A stretch of 5,886 nt of DNA from Amoebophrya sp. A120 (lineage: Eukaryota; Protista; Dinoflagellata). Positions 5,179 through 5,886 of this stretch are shown one piece after another. The stretch is taken from NCBI GenBank assembly GCA_905178155.1, contig CAJINV010000002.1, positions 11,941,590-11,947,475 on the forward strand, written 5' to 3'. Position 1 is the first letter of the stretch. Every line of letters starts with the position of its first letter. The notes beneath the pieces were generated by a model. That model did no database searches and was not told the DNA's origin. It was given only the letters and a program-made list of their open reading frames with translations. A program made the position numbers and the translations under genes.

Positions 5179-5886
5179 ATTCGATCCAGAAATCTGGGCA
5201 AAAGCTGAAACAGAAACGCGAAAAAGCAGGAGCCCGCGCTGCAGATAGATTCCAGTTTCTGGCTGCCCTTATGGGCCCACTTCCGCAACGCCGGAAATTG
5301 GATCGAATCGATACCCCCGTCGTCCGACTCGATCCAAAAATCTGGGCAAAAGTTGAAACAGAAACGCGAAAAAGCAGGAGCCCGCGCTGCAGATAGATTC
5401 CAGGCTCTGACTGCCGTTATGGGCCCACTTCCCCAACGCCGGAAATTGGATCGAATCGATACCACCGGCGCCCGATTCAGTTCAAAAATCTGGGCAAAAG
5501 CTGAAACAGAAACGCGAAAAAGCAGGAGCCGGCGCCTCAGATAGACTCCAGGCTCTGACTGCCGTCATGGGCCCACTTCCACAACGCCGAGAATTTGATC
5601 GAGTCGATACCCCCGTCGTCCGATTCGATCCAAAAATCTGGGCAAAAGTTGGAACATAAACAAGAAAAAGCAGGAGCCGGCGCGCCAGATAGATTCCAGG
5701 CTCTGACTGCCGTTATGGGCCCACTTCCACAACGCCGAAAGTTGTAAGCTGAAACAGAAACGATACCCCCGCCGTCCGATTCGATCCAAAAATCTGGGCA
5801 AAAGTTGAAACAGAAACGCGAAAAAGCAGGAGCCCGCGCGTCAGATAGATTCCAGGCTCTGACTGCCGTTATGGGCCCACTTCCAC
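5179..5886. repeat. 148-bp tandem repeat array, right block (about 4.8 units, runs off the window end)
   Basis: Remainder of the split monomer, then units at 5322, 5470, 5618 and 5774; same orientation and consensus as the left block. Confidence 0.97.

Noticed and set aside
3968-5208. Transposase or other CDS inside the insertion
   Set aside because: All ORFs are under 170 aa, compositionally biased and mutually overlapping, with no DDE, BED-finger or other recognisable motif.
1367-5886. CRISPR array
   Set aside because: Units are similar along their whole 148 bp, with no unique spacers between short repeats and no cas-like ORF in the window.

Overview
Apparently non-coding window; none of the six-frame ORFs is credible. 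Three parts: (1) 1-1366, a unique GC-rich flank packed with at least ten inverted repeats (the largest are a symmetric 124-bp structure at 1-124 and a 114-bp fold-back at 867-980) plus two oppositely oriented clusters of an 11-bp motif. (2) A head-to-tail 148-bp tandem array (satellite-like, about 22 units visible, 1367 to the window end). Intact unit junctions carry a 13-bp inverted repeat around a 14-bp spacer, and monomer subtypes recur in a loose higher-order pattern. (3) A 1264-bp non-coding insertion (3915-5178) that splits one monomer inside that dyad. It has an 8-bp target-site duplication, CAG...CTG ends with imperfect terminal inverted repeats and an internal 5 x 12-bp repeat, which fits a non-autonomous cut-and-paste DNA transposon (hAT-like by end structure). 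The source organism cannot be determined from the sequence. Eukaryotic satellite DNA is the simplest reading; a viral or organellar repeat/origin region is not excluded. All alignments and counts were done by eye.
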